A DNA stretch of 64,000 nucleotides from Acidobacteriota bacterium (GCA_046725195.1 JBKOYD010000016.1:49451-113450), one strand, 5' to 3'. Positions 49,921 through 59,870 are shown, counted from the stretch's first letter. The notes: generated by a model from the sequence alone, not told the origin. Program-made: numbers and translations.

Positions 49921-50361
49921 ATGCTGCGAGGAAACTACACGGCACGAATTGACGCTAAAGGTCGCCTAAAAGTGCCGACGGAATTCCGACGACTAATCGA
50001 TGAGAAGCATGGCAAAGAGTTTTATATCACGAGTCTAACTGGCGAGTGCGTTCGCATTTACCCGCTGCCGGAGTGGGAATCTATAGAGCAACGGCTATCA
50101 CTACTGCCTTCAATGGACCCAGCCCGGCGAAAGTTTCTTGATAGAACGAACTACTTTGGGCAGCAGGCAACGATCGATGGACAGGGCCGGTTACTGATTC
50201 ATCCGCTGTTGCGCAAGAGTGCTGAAGTAATAGGGGACGTCGCAGTGATGGGATACCTGACCTATTTAGAAGTTTGGGAACTCGACAAGTTTCGAGCTCG
50301 CATGCTCGCAGATCCCTACACGGAAGAAGACGAGGCTGCAATTGCGAGACTCGGAATTTGA
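49921..50361 (+). CDS. mraZ: transcriptional regulator MraZ
   Basis: [24 protein letters not shown] and a second [10 protein letters not shown] SpoVT-AbrB repeat. Confidence 0.9.
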   Translation: MLRGNYTARIDAKGRLKVPTEFRRLIDEKHGKEFYITSLTGECVRIYPLPEWESIEQRLSLLPSMDPARRKFLDRTNYFGQQATIDGQGRLLIHPLLRKSAEVIGDVAVMGYLTYLEVWELDKFRARMLADPYTEEDEAAIARLGI

Positions 50362-50370
50362 AAAGCAGTT

Positions 50371-50455
50371 GTAAGTAATAAGTGATAAGAGATGAGATGA
50401 AAGCGGGGGTCATGCAATGCGATATGACTACTTATCACTCATCACTAATCACCTT
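50371..50455. repeat. low-complexity palindromic element (AGTGATAAG / CTTATCACT word family) between mraZ and rsmH
   Basis: agtgataag (50381-50389) vs cttatcact (50431-50439), perfect 9 bp. The flanks are word-like: gatgagatga on the left, tcactcatcactaatcac on the right. Confidence 0.45.
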
Positions 50456-50493
50456 TTACTGATTGACGGATCTTTGAACGAGATCACGGGGCG

Positions 50494-51462
50494 GTGGTGA
50501 TGGCTGCGCCTTTGGGGGGCATGGGCGCGCCCCATCGCCCCGTGCTGCTAGGAGAGACAATAAAATTCCTCGCTCCTGAGCGAGGAGGTCTCTTTGTCGA
50601 TTGCACAGTTGGGCTCGGTGGGCACAGCGAAGGAATTCTTAAATCTTCCAGCCACACTCGCGTGTTCGGAATGGACCTCGATCCCGCAGCGCTCGAATAT
50701 GCACGACAACGCCTGGCAAGTTTTGGAAAGAGATTTCGCGCTGTTCAGGCTAACTTCCGCGAAATCAAGCAAGCGTTGCACAAAGCAGACGAGAGCGATC
50801 CACGCGGTATTCTTGTCGACCTTGGAGTCTCTTCACTTCAGTTTGATTCACCCGAACGGGGTTTTAGTTTTCGTTTTGATGCTCCGTTAGACATGCGAAT
50901 GGATCCGACTCGCGGCGCTACAGCGGCGGATCTTCTTCAGGAACTTCCCGAATCGGAAATTGCCCGGATTATTTTCGAATTCGGTGAAGAACGACTCTCC
51001 AGACGCATTGCCCGTCGCATTATAGAAAGGCGCGAACAAGGAAAGCCGATAACAACCACTTCGGAATTAGCAGAGCTGGTTCGGTTGGCAGTCGGCGGCC
51101 GCAAATGGAGTCAGATTCACCCGGCGACTCGGACTTTTCAAGCTCTGCGCATAGCTGTCAATCATGAACTTGAAAGCTTGGGTGAGTTTGTTGAGCAAGC
51201 CGTAGATCTTTTAGAACCCGATGGGCGCTTTGTTGCCATCAGTTTCCACTCGCTTGAAGATCGAATTCTCAAGCGAGAGCTACGAAGGCTCTCGGGCCAC
51301 TGTGAATGTCCGCGAACGTTACCGGTCTGTTCGTGTGGCGCGCGAAAAGTGGTTGAAGTATTGACGCGTCGGCCCGTTGTGCCCGGTTCTACGGAGGTAG
51401 AGGAAAACCCGCGTGCTCGTAGTGCGAAACTGCGCGCGTGCCGAAAGCTGGTCTCACATTAA
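50494..51462 (+). CDS. rsmH: 16S rRNA (cytosine1402-N4)-methyltransferase
   Basis: HRPVLLGE...FVDCTVGLGGHS...DLGVSSLQFD. The start is GTG 50494 or ATG 50500. Confidence 0.9.
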   Translation: MVMAAPLGGMGAPHRPVLLGETIKFLAPERGGLFVDCTVGLGGHSEGILKSSSHTRVFGMDLDPAALEYARQRLASFGKRFRAVQANFREIKQALHKADESDPRGILVDLGVSSLQFDSPERGFSFRFDAPLDMRMDPTRGATAADLLQELPESEIARIIFEFGEERLSRRIARRIIERREQGKPITTTSELAELVRLAVGGRKWSQIHPATRTFQALRIAVNHELESLGEFVEQAVDLLEPDGRFVAISFHSLEDRILKRELRRLSGHCECPRTLPVCSCGARKVVEVLTRRPVVPGSTEVEENPRARSAKLRACRKLVSH

Positions 51463-51481
51463 GGCTCTACTACGAAAGCAA

Positions 51482-51895
51482 ATGCAGGAAAGGCGACAAA
51501 TGAAAAGGTTCCCCGGGTATCAGCCTAACACGAAGATTCGGCGTACTCGTGATGTTAATGCCCTCTCACGCCTCGGCTTGCTGTTGTTCTGTGGACTAGT
51601 GTTGACAGGTGGCTTTGTATTTGCCGCCAAGCAGCACTTCGCCGCTGTGCAATACGGCTACAGGAGTGAAGGTCTACGAATTGAGCGAAAAAAACTGTTG
51701 GAAGAAAACCAACGACTGTCGCTTGAGATGGAGCGTGTCACAGCCCCCGCTCGACTCGAGCCTGCAGCTCGACGGTTGGGCTTGAAGCCGGCAAGGGCAA
51801 GCCAGATCGCCACCTTTGAAAAGAAAGAGGAGGTTGAGGCAACTAAACTATTGAACGGTAAAAAACCTCGAGCAGCTTCGAGTCAAACGAATTAA
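51482..51895 (+). CDS. ftsL: cell division protein FtsL-like
   Basis: Single TM helix (LGLLLFCGLVLTGGFVFAA), a coiled coil, and ...PARLEPAARRLGLKP. Canonical position. ATG 51482 was chosen to avoid overlap with rsmH. Confidence 0.65.
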   Translation: MQERRQMKRFPGYQPNTKIRRTRDVNALSRLGLLLFCGLVLTGGFVFAAKQHFAAVQYGYRSEGLRIERKKLLEENQRLSLEMERVTAPARLEPAARRLGLKPARASQIATFEKKEEVEATKLLNGKKPRAASSQTN

Positions 51896-51971
51896 CGGTT
51901 ATTCGAATTCATCAAGTCTTACAACTTTCCGCGTCCCCACCACGCTACCGGTAAGAAGGGATACAAGTTAG

Positions 51972-54047
51972 GTGATGTTGGCACGCCTAATTGCTCAATC
52001 AAAGGCAAAACCAGACGCATCATTGAGCCGCGCTCTTTTAGTCGCGGCTTTTATTGGCTTCTGGATGCTCGCAGTCTCAGCAAGGCTAGTTTACCTGCAG
52101 GTCTCGCAGCACGAAGGCCTCGCCAACCGAGCGCGACAACAGCAGCAGAATGCAGTCGAGACGAGCCCCCAGCGTGGAGAGTTGTTGGACCGGCAGGAGC
52201 GTCAGTTAGCTCGCAGCGTTCAAACAGCATCGCTGTTTTTAGATCCGGAGGACTTGAATGCCGAAGCGTTGGATTGTATTGCGACGCAACTCTCCCAAGC
52301 GCTGGGATTGAACTACAAAGATCTTCAGAGTCAGTTTCGCGCTGCGTTGGAACAGAAGCGAAGGTTTATTTGGGTAGCACGACGTTTAGACGCCGAGCAG
52401 GCAAACAAGATTCTTTTGATGAATCTGCCTGGTTTACAAGTGCGACTCGAGCCCAAGCGTTTCTATCCAAACGGTCCTCTGGCGGCACACGTGCTTGGAT
52501 ACGTGGGATTGGATGGCGAAGGCTTGGGCGGCGTCGAGCAGTTCTACAACAAGAAAATCGGCGGAGAGCCCGGCCAGCTGTTTTTAGAAAAGGACGCCAA
52601 CGGCAAACCGTACGAGAGTTTTGAGATCGCCTCGAAACAAGGCGAAACAGTTCTGCTGACGATCGATCAATCGATCCAGTATCAGGCGGAGCAAGCTCTG
52701 CAGGCCGCGGTTAAGCGCTCAAATGCAAAGTCAGGCACCGTTATCGTGCTCGATCCTCGAAACGGTGAAATTCTGGCACTCGCCAACGCTCCATCGTTCG
52801 ATCCAAACAACGTCGGCGCGGCGGCGCCTGAAGCGAGATCAAACTGGGCTCTTCAAAATGTCTACGAACCTGGTTCTACCTTCAAGATTGTTGCGTTCTC
52901 AGCAGCCATCGAGAAAAAACTCGCTAAGGTCGATGACCGGATTGACTGTCAGATGGGTTCGATCACAGTCGCGGGCCGCGTGGTTCACGATCATCATCCG
53001 TTTGGTTCGCTGACGATTTCAGAAGCACTCGCCAAATCGAGCAATGTTGCGGCAATCAAACTCGGAATCAGAGTCGGCGATCAGGGGATGTATGACTACA
53101 TCACAAAGTTCGGGTTTGGCGCGCGCACTGGCATTGAGCTTCCTGGAGAAACGGCAGGCATTCTGCGGAAGGTTGAACGTTGGCAGCCATCATCGATTGG
53201 TTCGATTGCAATTGGTCAGGAAGTCGCCGTAACTCCCGTACAAATGGTGGCAGCATTCGGCGCTCTGGCAAATGACGGGGTGAGAGTAGCGCCGCATCTC
53301 GTTCGTGAGATTCGCAATTCTTCCGGAGTCGTTATCTATCGACCTGAACCTGAGCAGCGTCGCGTAGTGAGCGCTGAGACTGCGATTGCATTGCGGGGAA
53401 TGCTTGAGGGCGTCACGCTCAATGGAACCGCCAAGAAAGCGCAGTTAGACGGATATTCCGCTGCTGGAAAAACAGGCACCGCACAAAAGATCGATTCCAA
53501 GACTCGCGGATACTCCAGGACAAAGTTCGTCGGGTCGTTTGTAGGTTTTGCACCCGTGAAGAACCCGCAAGTGGTGATCATTGTCGTAATCGATGAACCC
53601 GGCGGCGCCTATCATGGTGGCGATGTCGCAGCACCCGTCTTTCGTGAAGTTGCAGAGCAAATCCTGCCGGGTCTTGGCGTTATGCCGGACATTGAAATGA
53701 AATCGGTGCCTGACCTGATAGCACAAGCTAATCAGAATCCAGAACGCCAGGCTAAAGTCCGGCAGGAACAGATACGCATTGAAGAGGAGCGGAGAGCCAC
53801 GTTGCCAACCGTGGATAGCACCAGAGGTAGAGACGGAGAAGTTGTCTACGCTGTGGCGACAAGTCGGGCGATGCTAATGCCTGATTTGCGCGGACGAAGT
53901 GTTCGTGACGTTGCGAGGACGTGCGCACAACTCGGCCTGCAGGTTGAGGCGCGCGGCGACGGGCGAGTTTTTAGGCAAAACCCAGCTGCCGGCAGTGAAG
54001 TGAGCGCGGGACAAATTGTTTATATCGATTTCGGGAGATCCCAATAA
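51972..54047 (+). CDS. ftsI: penicillin-binding protein (FtsI-type transpeptidase) with a C-terminal PASTA domain
   Basis: STFK, SSN and KTGT motifs. N-terminal TM helix. The C-terminal 55 aa have a PASTA-like pattern. Confidence 0.9.
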   Translation: MMLARLIAQSKAKPDASLSRALLVAAFIGFWMLAVSARLVYLQVSQHEGLANRARQQQQNAVETSPQRGELLDRQERQLARSVQTASLFLDPEDLNAEALDCIATQLSQALGLNYKDLQSQFRAALEQKRRFIWVARRLDAEQANKILLMNLPGLQVRLEPKRFYPNGPLAAHVLGYVGLDGEGLGGVEQFYNKKIGGEPGQLFLEKDANGKPYESFEIASKQGETVLLTIDQSIQYQAEQALQAAVKRSNAKSGTVIVLDPRNGEILALANAPSFDPNNVGAAAPEARSNWALQNVYEPGSTFKIVAFSAAIEKKLAKVDDRIDCQMGSITVAGRVVHDHHPFGSLTISEALAKSSNVAAIKLGIRVGDQGMYDYITKFGFGARTGIELPGETAGILRKVERWQPSSIGSIAIGQEVAVTPVQMVAAFGALANDGVRVAPHLVREIRNSSGVVIYRPEPEQRRVVSAETAIALRGMLEGVTLNGTAKKAQLDGYSAAGKTGTAQKIDSKTRGYSRTKFVGSFVGFAPVKNPQVVIIVVIDEPGGAYHGGDVAAPVFREVAEQILPGLGVMPDIEMKSVPDLIAQANQNPERQAKVRQEQIRIEEERRATLPTVDSTRGRDGEVVYAVATSRAMLMPDLRGRSVRDVARTCAQLGLQVEARGDGRVFRQNPAAGSEVSAGQIVYIDFGRSQ

Positions 54048-54398
54048 CGGAAGCCAACAACAAGCTCGACTGGCGAAGACCAAAGCAAAGACAAGGCTAA
54101 CTTCCATGGATGAAGCCACTCAGCAAAATGACGTAAGATACGGTATTGCTGATTGCAGAAAACGACTACGCAGTCAGCGAATAACCCTCCGGGCGCAACA
54201 TCATCCCCCCACAGATGTCTTGAACGGTGCGCATACAGGTCCGGCAGATCGCAGTGTTGCGAGCTATGCCGAAATATTTGCAACCGTCTCAATGAGCCAG
54301 AGCTCACTGTCAAGATTGATTGAGTGCCTGCTCGATCCGGCAGACGAGCACAGATACGCCGCGGAAGAATCAGCAAAGCGAGAAGAGGCTGTAATAAC

Positions 54399-55871
54399 GT
54401 GAACGTTGGAGAGGCGGCAGGATTGATGGGCGCGAATGCAGCGAACGTCCGCCCAGAGATATTTGACAAACAGATTGCCGACTACTCGATTGACTCACGC
54501 TCCGTGGGCAGCGGCGAACTGTTTTTTGCGCTCTCGCAGCAGGACTACGTCCGTGCAGGATTCAATGGCGAGTTTGCCGATGCGCATCAATTTATCGCCG
54601 AGGCGCTTGAACGCGGCGCAATCGCAGCTGTCGCGCGTGAAGATCGGGTCAATGGCGATTCTCAGTTGGAGTCGTTGAAGGATCGCTTGCTGCTTGTGGA
54701 CGACGCCATCGCGGCTTTGCAACAACTGGCTCATCGTATTTATGTCGCCTGGGGAAGACGTGTTGTCGCGATTACTGGTAGTGCCGGAAAAACAACCGCA
54801 AAGGAGCTTACGGCTCATGTACTGAAAGATGTGGGTTACCGAGTACTTAAGAGCGAACGCAACTACAACAATGGTTTGGGACTTCCATTATCAGTTTTGC
54901 GCATGGTGAGTGAGGGGCGCTCACCCGATCAGTTTGATCTCGCCGTGTTGGAGATGGGGATGTCGTCTCCAACTCATGAGATTGCGAGGCTGTGCCGAAT
55001 AACACCACCAGATGTCGCCGTTGAATTGATGGTTGCTCCGGTCCACCTGGAATACCTCGGCACAATTGAGAATGTCGCAGCTGCGAAGGCGGAATTGATT
55101 GAAGGTATGAAACCGGAAGGTACTGCGATCCTGAACGCCGATGACCCGCTGGTTATGAAGATGGTCGAGAAGCATTGCGGCAAGACACTAACTTTCGGTA
55201 TTGACCATTCTGCGGACATCTCCGCAAGTGAGATTGATACGAGTTCATTGGGAAGCATCAGTTTCCGATTACGCACACCGCTCGGTGAAGCGCAGGCGTC
55301 GCTGGCGATGACCGGTCGCCACAATTTGAGCAATGCTCTTGCCGCTTCTGCTGTCGGAACCGCTTTCGAGTTATCGGCAGAACAGATCGCTGCCGCACTG
55401 AGTACGGCCACGCCGCCAAAGATGCGCGGGGAAGTATTGGACTTTGCCGCGGGTTTCACGGTTATTGATGACTCCTACAATTCGAATCCTCGTTCATTGC
55501 TGAACATGGTCAACACGATGTCGGAAGGGGGACAAGGCCGGAAGCGTTTGGTTGTTATTGCCGGCGAGATGCTTGAACTTGGACCGGAGGAGGTCAAGTT
55601 GCACAAGGAAACCGGCCGAGAGATGACTGCGCGCGGAATCAACGTGCTATGGGGAATTCGTGGTCTGGCAAAAGAGATGGCAGCTGGCGCTGCCGAAGCT
55701 GGACTGGCTGACGTAAGGTTTTTCGACTCTTCCGCGGAGGCCGCGGAAGCAATTGTTACCGGGGTTAAAGCAGGCGACTTGATTTTGGTTAAGGGCTCAA
55801 GAGGAGTTGCTACGGATAAAGTAGTTAAGGCCTTGAGAGAACATTTCCCCTTGATCGGCGAGGACATGTGA
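54399..55871 (+). CDS. murF: UDP-N-acetylmuramoyl-tripeptide--D-alanyl-D-alanine ligase
   Basis: IDSRSVGSGELFFAL, ITGSAGKTTAKE, NADDP. GTG 54399 gives a MurF-like N-terminus; ATG 54426 is the alternative. Confidence 0.85.
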   Translation: MNVGEAAGLMGANAANVRPEIFDKQIADYSIDSRSVGSGELFFALSQQDYVRAGFNGEFADAHQFIAEALERGAIAAVAREDRVNGDSQLESLKDRLLLVDDAIAALQQLAHRIYVAWGRRVVAITGSAGKTTAKELTAHVLKDVGYRVLKSERNYNNGLGLPLSVLRMVSEGRSPDQFDLAVLEMGMSSPTHEIARLCRITPPDVAVELMVAPVHLEYLGTIENVAAAKAELIEGMKPEGTAILNADDPLVMKMVEKHCGKTLTFGIDHSADISASEIDTSSLGSISFRLRTPLGEAQASLAMTGRHNLSNALAASAVGTAFELSAEQIAAALSTATPPKMRGEVLDFAAGFTVIDDSYNSNPRSLLNMVNTMSEGGQGRKRLVVIAGEMLELGPEEVKLHKETGREMTARGINVLWGIRGLAKEMAAGAAEAGLADVRFFDSSAEAAEAIVTGVKAGDLILVKGSRGVATDKVVKALREHFPLIGEDM

Positions 55872-55927
55872 GCTGAACCTGGAGTTGCGCAAAAGTCGAT
55901 CGGCAATCGCCAATCGAAAATGTTGAA

Positions 55928-57082
55928 ATGATCTACTACCTCCTTTACGAAATACTTTACAACCACTTCAAGGATAAGGATTGGTATCTCGTAAAGGCTC
56001 TCAATGTTTTTCAGTACGTTACGTTTCGCACCGCGTACGCGACAATAACGGCGTTGCTGATATCGCTCTTCTTTGGCGGCAAGCTGATTGAGGCACTGAG
56101 AAAATGGAATGTGGGTCAGCAGATTCGCGAAGAAGGTCCACAGGCTCACATGGTAAAGCGCGGAACACCGACAATGGGCGGAGTGCTGATTGTCGGCTCC
56201 GTTTTGATCTCGACGCTTTTGTGGGCGCGGCTATCAAGCGTATATGTCTGGACCACGATGGTTGCCACGTTGCTTTTTGGAGCAATCGGATTTGTGGACG
56301 ATTATTCGAAGATGGCAAAGCAGCGAAGCCTGGGTCTGACTGGCCGGCAGAAGCTGTTGGCGCAATTGCTTGTGGCGGTGATGGTGTGGGCCGTACTTTT
56401 TATCTCGACTAAGTACTGGCCGATTGATTACTCGTGGAACGTGAGTATCCCTTTTTTCAAGTTAACCTCCGAGCCGAACGGTCGCACTTTCATTGGGCCG
56501 TATCTGTACCTGGTCTTGATCGCTATCGTGCTCCTTGGATCCTCAAATGCAGTTAATCTTACTGACGGTTTGGACGGTTTGGCGATCAGCGTCACATTTA
56601 TTGCAATGAGCGCGTTGACAGGTTTCACCTATCTCAGCAGCGATCTTCGTTGGGCCAGATACCTGGAATTAACACATAGACCGGAGGCAGCAGAGCTGAC
56701 AGTTTTTTGTGGGGCGATGGCTGGAGCGAGTCTTGGATTTCTTTGGTACAACGCTCCGCCTGCGCAGGTCTTCATGGGAGACGTAGGGAGCCTTGCAATT
56801 GGGGGCGCAATGGGAACGGTTGCGGTTCTGACTAAGCAGGAATTCATGTTGTTGATGGTCGGTGGCGTGTTTGTCATCGAAGCAACCTCGGTGATGCTAC
56901 AGGTCGGCGTCTTCAAGATGACAAAGCGAACAACGGGAACGGGCCGCCGTTTATTCAAGATGACTCCGCTGCATCATCATTTCGAGATGCAGGACTGGAA
57001 GGAGTCGAAGATAGTCTTTCGCTTTTTAATATTGGCAATTTTGTTTGCACTGTTGAGTCTCTCGACATTGAAGCTCCGCTAA
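55928..57082 (+). CDS. mraY: phospho-N-acetylmuramoyl-pentapeptide transferase
   Basis: [40 protein letters not shown]. Confidence 0.95.
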   Translation: MIYYLLYEILYNHFKDKDWYLVKALNVFQYVTFRTAYATITALLISLFFGGKLIEALRKWNVGQQIREEGPQAHMVKRGTPTMGGVLIVGSVLISTLLWARLSSVYVWTTMVATLLFGAIGFVDDYSKMAKQRSLGLTGRQKLLAQLLVAVMVWAVLFISTKYWPIDYSWNVSIPFFKLTSEPNGRTFIGPYLYLVLIAIVLLGSSNAVNLTDGLDGLAISVTFIAMSALTGFTYLSSDLRWARYLELTHRPEAAELTVFCGAMAGASLGFLWYNAPPAQVFMGDVGSLAIGGAMGTVAVLTKQEFMLLMVGGVFVIEATSVMLQVGVFKMTKRTTGTGRRLFKMTPLHHHFEMQDWKESKIVFRFLILAILFALLSLSTLKLR

Positions 57083-57083
57083 C

Positions 57084-57118
57084 CAGGAGCAGGAGGCAGG
57101 AGCAGGAGCAGGAGGCAG
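57084..57118. repeat. (CAGGAG)n tandem array directly after the mraY stop
   Basis: CAGGAG CAGGAGG CAGGAG CAGGAG CAGGAGG CAG. It contains several Shine-Dalgarno-like AGGAG/AGGAGG motifs. Confidence 0.75.
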
Positions 57119-57250
57119 TCATTGGTCACATGTCTTTTGACATTTTTCATTTGCCATTTAGCGTCGAGCCCTATGGGCTGTTTCGAAAGGAAGCAGGTTT
57201 CAAAATAAAGAATGTCTAATGATATCTGACCGACGACATGGACCAATGAC

Positions 57251-58624
57251 GTGGACCTTAGTGGCAAGAAAGTCTTGATAATTGGGGCGGCACGAAGTGG
57301 AATTGCTGCTTCCAGGTTTCTGATGGCCCGTGGTGCCGTGGTTGCACTGAATGATCAGAAGCCCATCGAGCAATGGCCGGCTGAAGCTCTTGCGCTTAAA
57401 GATTCCGGAGTGGGTTTGCTACCGGGAGAACCGCCAACCTGGTTGCTGGATCAACTTGACCTGGTCGTTGTGAGTCCCGGCGTTCCGGCGAGCATTATTC
57501 CAATCCGTTATGCCGAGCGGGCCGGAGCGGAAATCATCGGTGAAGTCGAACTTGCTTATCGTTATTTGAAAGGACGGATCATTGCTATCACTGGAAGCAA
57601 TGGGAAAACGACCACCACAGCACTCATCGGAGAGTTACTCCGCGATGCCGGCTTACCCGTGCAGGTGGGAGGCAACATTGGCAAGGCGCTGATCTCGATG
57701 GTCGAAAGTTCTCGAGATGATGGTTGGACCATTATTGAGCTGTCAAGTTTCCAGTTGGAAACCATCAAGCAGTTTCATCCGTTGATAGCAGTCGTGCTCA
57801 ACGTTACGCCCAATCACATGGATCGCTACGAAACATTTAACGACTACGCAGCCGCAAAACATCGCATCTTCATGAATCAAACGGAGGCTGATGTGGCGGT
57901 GCTCAACGCGGACGACGCGACAATCTCATCGTGGGAGAACGGGTTGCGAGCGGAGATCATAAATTTCAGTGTTAAGCGACAACTCTCGAAAGGAGTCTTC
58001 TTGCGAGGAACTGACGTGGTCTTTCGCAAGGACGGAGCCGATCAGTTCCTCGTTCGCGTCGATGAAATGAAGTTGCGCGGTCTTCACAACGTAGAGAACG
58101 TTGCAGCGGCATTCGCTGCTGGGCTTGCTGCTGGAGCCAACATTGAATCAATGCGTGAAACGGTGAAACGATTTAGCCCTGTTGAGCACCGGTTGGAGTT
58201 TGTCAGTGAGATAAACGGGGTCAAGTTTTATAACGACTCAAAAGCAACAAGCGTCGATGCAACTTTGAAGGCGCTTGAAGCTTTCGGCCAGGAAAGAGGA
58301 AAGGTGGTTCTAATTCTTGGTGGTAGAGGAAAGAAAGTGCCATATGCTCCGTTGGCACCGCTGGTTCGTGACAAGGTTCGAAAGCTTGTGCTGATCGGCG
58401 AGGACGCAGAAACAATCGCAAAAGAACTGGGTGAATGGGCATCGTTTGAACGAGCCTCCGACATGCAGGAGGCGGTGGCCGTGTCTTTCAAATCGGCGGA
58501 GCAAGGCGACGTTGTGTTACTGGCGCCGGCATGTGCCAGTTTCGATATGTTTGAAAGCTTCGAACACCGAGGGAAGGTATTCAAATCTGAGATCTCAAAT
58601 TTGAGATCTCAGATCTCAGAATAA
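57251..58624 (+). CDS. murD: UDP-N-acetylmuramoylalanine--D-glutamate ligase
   Basis: GAARSGIAA, ITGSNGKTTTTALI. The last 12 codons or so (SEISNLRSQISE) are encoded by a palindromic repeat. Confidence 0.9.
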   Translation: MDLSGKKVLIIGAARSGIAASRFLMARGAVVALNDQKPIEQWPAEALALKDSGVGLLPGEPPTWLLDQLDLVVVSPGVPASIIPIRYAERAGAEIIGEVELAYRYLKGRIIAITGSNGKTTTTALIGELLRDAGLPVQVGGNIGKALISMVESSRDDGWTIIELSSFQLETIKQFHPLIAVVLNVTPNHMDRYETFNDYAAAKHRIFMNQTEADVAVLNADDATISSWENGLRAEIINFSVKRQLSKGVFLRGTDVVFRKDGADQFLVRVDEMKLRGLHNVENVAAAFAAGLAAGANIESMRETVKRFSPVEHRLEFVSEINGVKFYNDSKATSVDATLKALEAFGQERGKVVLILGGRGKKVPYAPLAPLVRDKVRKLVLIGEDAETIAKELGEWASFERASDMQEAVAVSFKSAEQGDVVLLAPACASFDMFESFEHRGKVFKSEISNLRSQISE

Positions 58625-58660
58625 AAGCGGTTTGAGATCTTAAATTTGAGATCTGAGATT
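58586..58660. repeat. GAGATCT-word element: perfect 28-nt palindrome plus a degenerate second copy
   Basis: 58586-58613 tctgagatctcaaatttgagatctcaga equals its own reverse complement. The second unit, tttgagatcttaaatttgagatctgagatt, lies at 58631-58660. Confidence 0.85.
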
Positions 58661-58671
58661 CACGAAGTGAT

Positions 58672-59862
58672 ATGGCTCGCAAGCTGGCACCAGATAAATG
58701 GCTCTTCGCAGCGACTACGGGGCTCGCGCTTTTTGGCCTGGTAATGGTCTACAGCGCTTCAGCCATGATTGCGCAGAAGGAAAATGGCAACCAGTTCTAC
58801 TACGTGATCAAACAAGGAGCCTGGCTGGGGATAGGCTTCATTGTAATGTTGCTGGCGATGCAATTTAACTATCAACAACTCAAGAGCCGGCGCGTCGTTT
58901 ATGGCTTGTTGATCCTGTCAACGATCACACTGATGTCGGTGTTCGCGTTCAGCAGTGTCAATGGTGCTCATCGCTGGTTGAAGTTTCCAGGTTTCTCCGT
59001 TCAGCCGTCAGAGCTTTCCAAGCTATCGCTGGCTATTTTTCTTGCGTACTTGCTGGAGAAGCGCGCGGGCGAAGAAAGAGATTTCTGGCGTACGTTCATT
59101 CCCTGCGGAATAGTAACCGGGTGGCTCGCGTTACTGGTGGTAATAGAACCTGATTTTGGCACGGCGATGATGCTCGCATTGATATTTACGGTTGTAATCT
59201 ACACTGCCGGCGCGAGGATGCTTCATCTCGCAATGGCAGCAGCGCCTGCATTGTTGGTGGCAATCGGACTACTCATTTTTGTGCCGTGGCGCTTGAAACG
59301 TTTGATCACTTTTCTCGATCCATGGGCCGATCAACAAGGTGCTGGCTTTCAAGTGGTACAGTCATTGATTGCGATCGGTTCCGGCGGCCCAAACGGCCTC
59401 GGTTTCGCACAGGGCAAACAGAAGATGTTGTTTCTTCCTTTTGCGCACTCAGATTTTATTTTTGCGGTCGTCGGGGAGGAACTTGGATTGGTAGGCGCGC
59501 TGGCGGTTGTGGCAGTCTTCGCCCTTTTCCTCTGGCGCGGGGTGCGGACGGCGCTGTTGGCACCCGATAGGTTTGGGATGCTCCTGAGTTTAGGGATCGT
59601 AACCAGCATTGTGGCGCAGGCACTCTTTAATATGAGCGTTGTGCTGTCGTTAGTCCCGACTAAAGGCATTCCGCTGCCATTCATTTCCTACGGCGGATCG
59701 TCTTTGGTGCCCACACTGGCGGCCGTCGGCATTCTGCTTAACGTGTCTCAGCATGCGAGCGGTTCTCTGGATGTCGGGCTTCTTGATACAGCGAAGGCGA
59801 ACGCACGGGAACGGAAGAACTTGACGTCGCTACCACAAGTAGAACGGGCACCACGCTTTTGA
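58672..59862 (+). CDS. ftsW: SEDS-family peptidoglycan glycosyltransferase FtsW
   Basis: 10 TM helices with blocks EPDFGTA, HSDFIFAV, GIPLPFISYGGSS. Confidence 0.9.
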   Translation: MARKLAPDKWLFAATTGLALFGLVMVYSASAMIAQKENGNQFYYVIKQGAWLGIGFIVMLLAMQFNYQQLKSRRVVYGLLILSTITLMSVFAFSSVNGAHRWLKFPGFSVQPSELSKLSLAIFLAYLLEKRAGEERDFWRTFIPCGIVTGWLALLVVIEPDFGTAMMLALIFTVVIYTAGARMLHLAMAAAPALLVAIGLLIFVPWRLKRLITFLDPWADQQGAGFQVVQSLIAIGSGGPNGLGFAQGKQKMLFLPFAHSDFIFAVVGEELGLVGALAVVAVFALFLWRGVRTALLAPDRFGMLLSLGIVTSIVAQALFNMSVVLSLVPTKGIPLPFISYGGSSLVPTLAAVGILLNVSQHASGSLDVGLLDTAKANARERKNLTSLPQVERAPRF

Positions 59863-59870
59863 TCATTGAC

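Noticed and set aside
55475-56149. 224-aa minus-strand ORF spanning the murF/mraY junction
   Set aside because: It is antisense to two strongly supported Mur genes and has no motifs.
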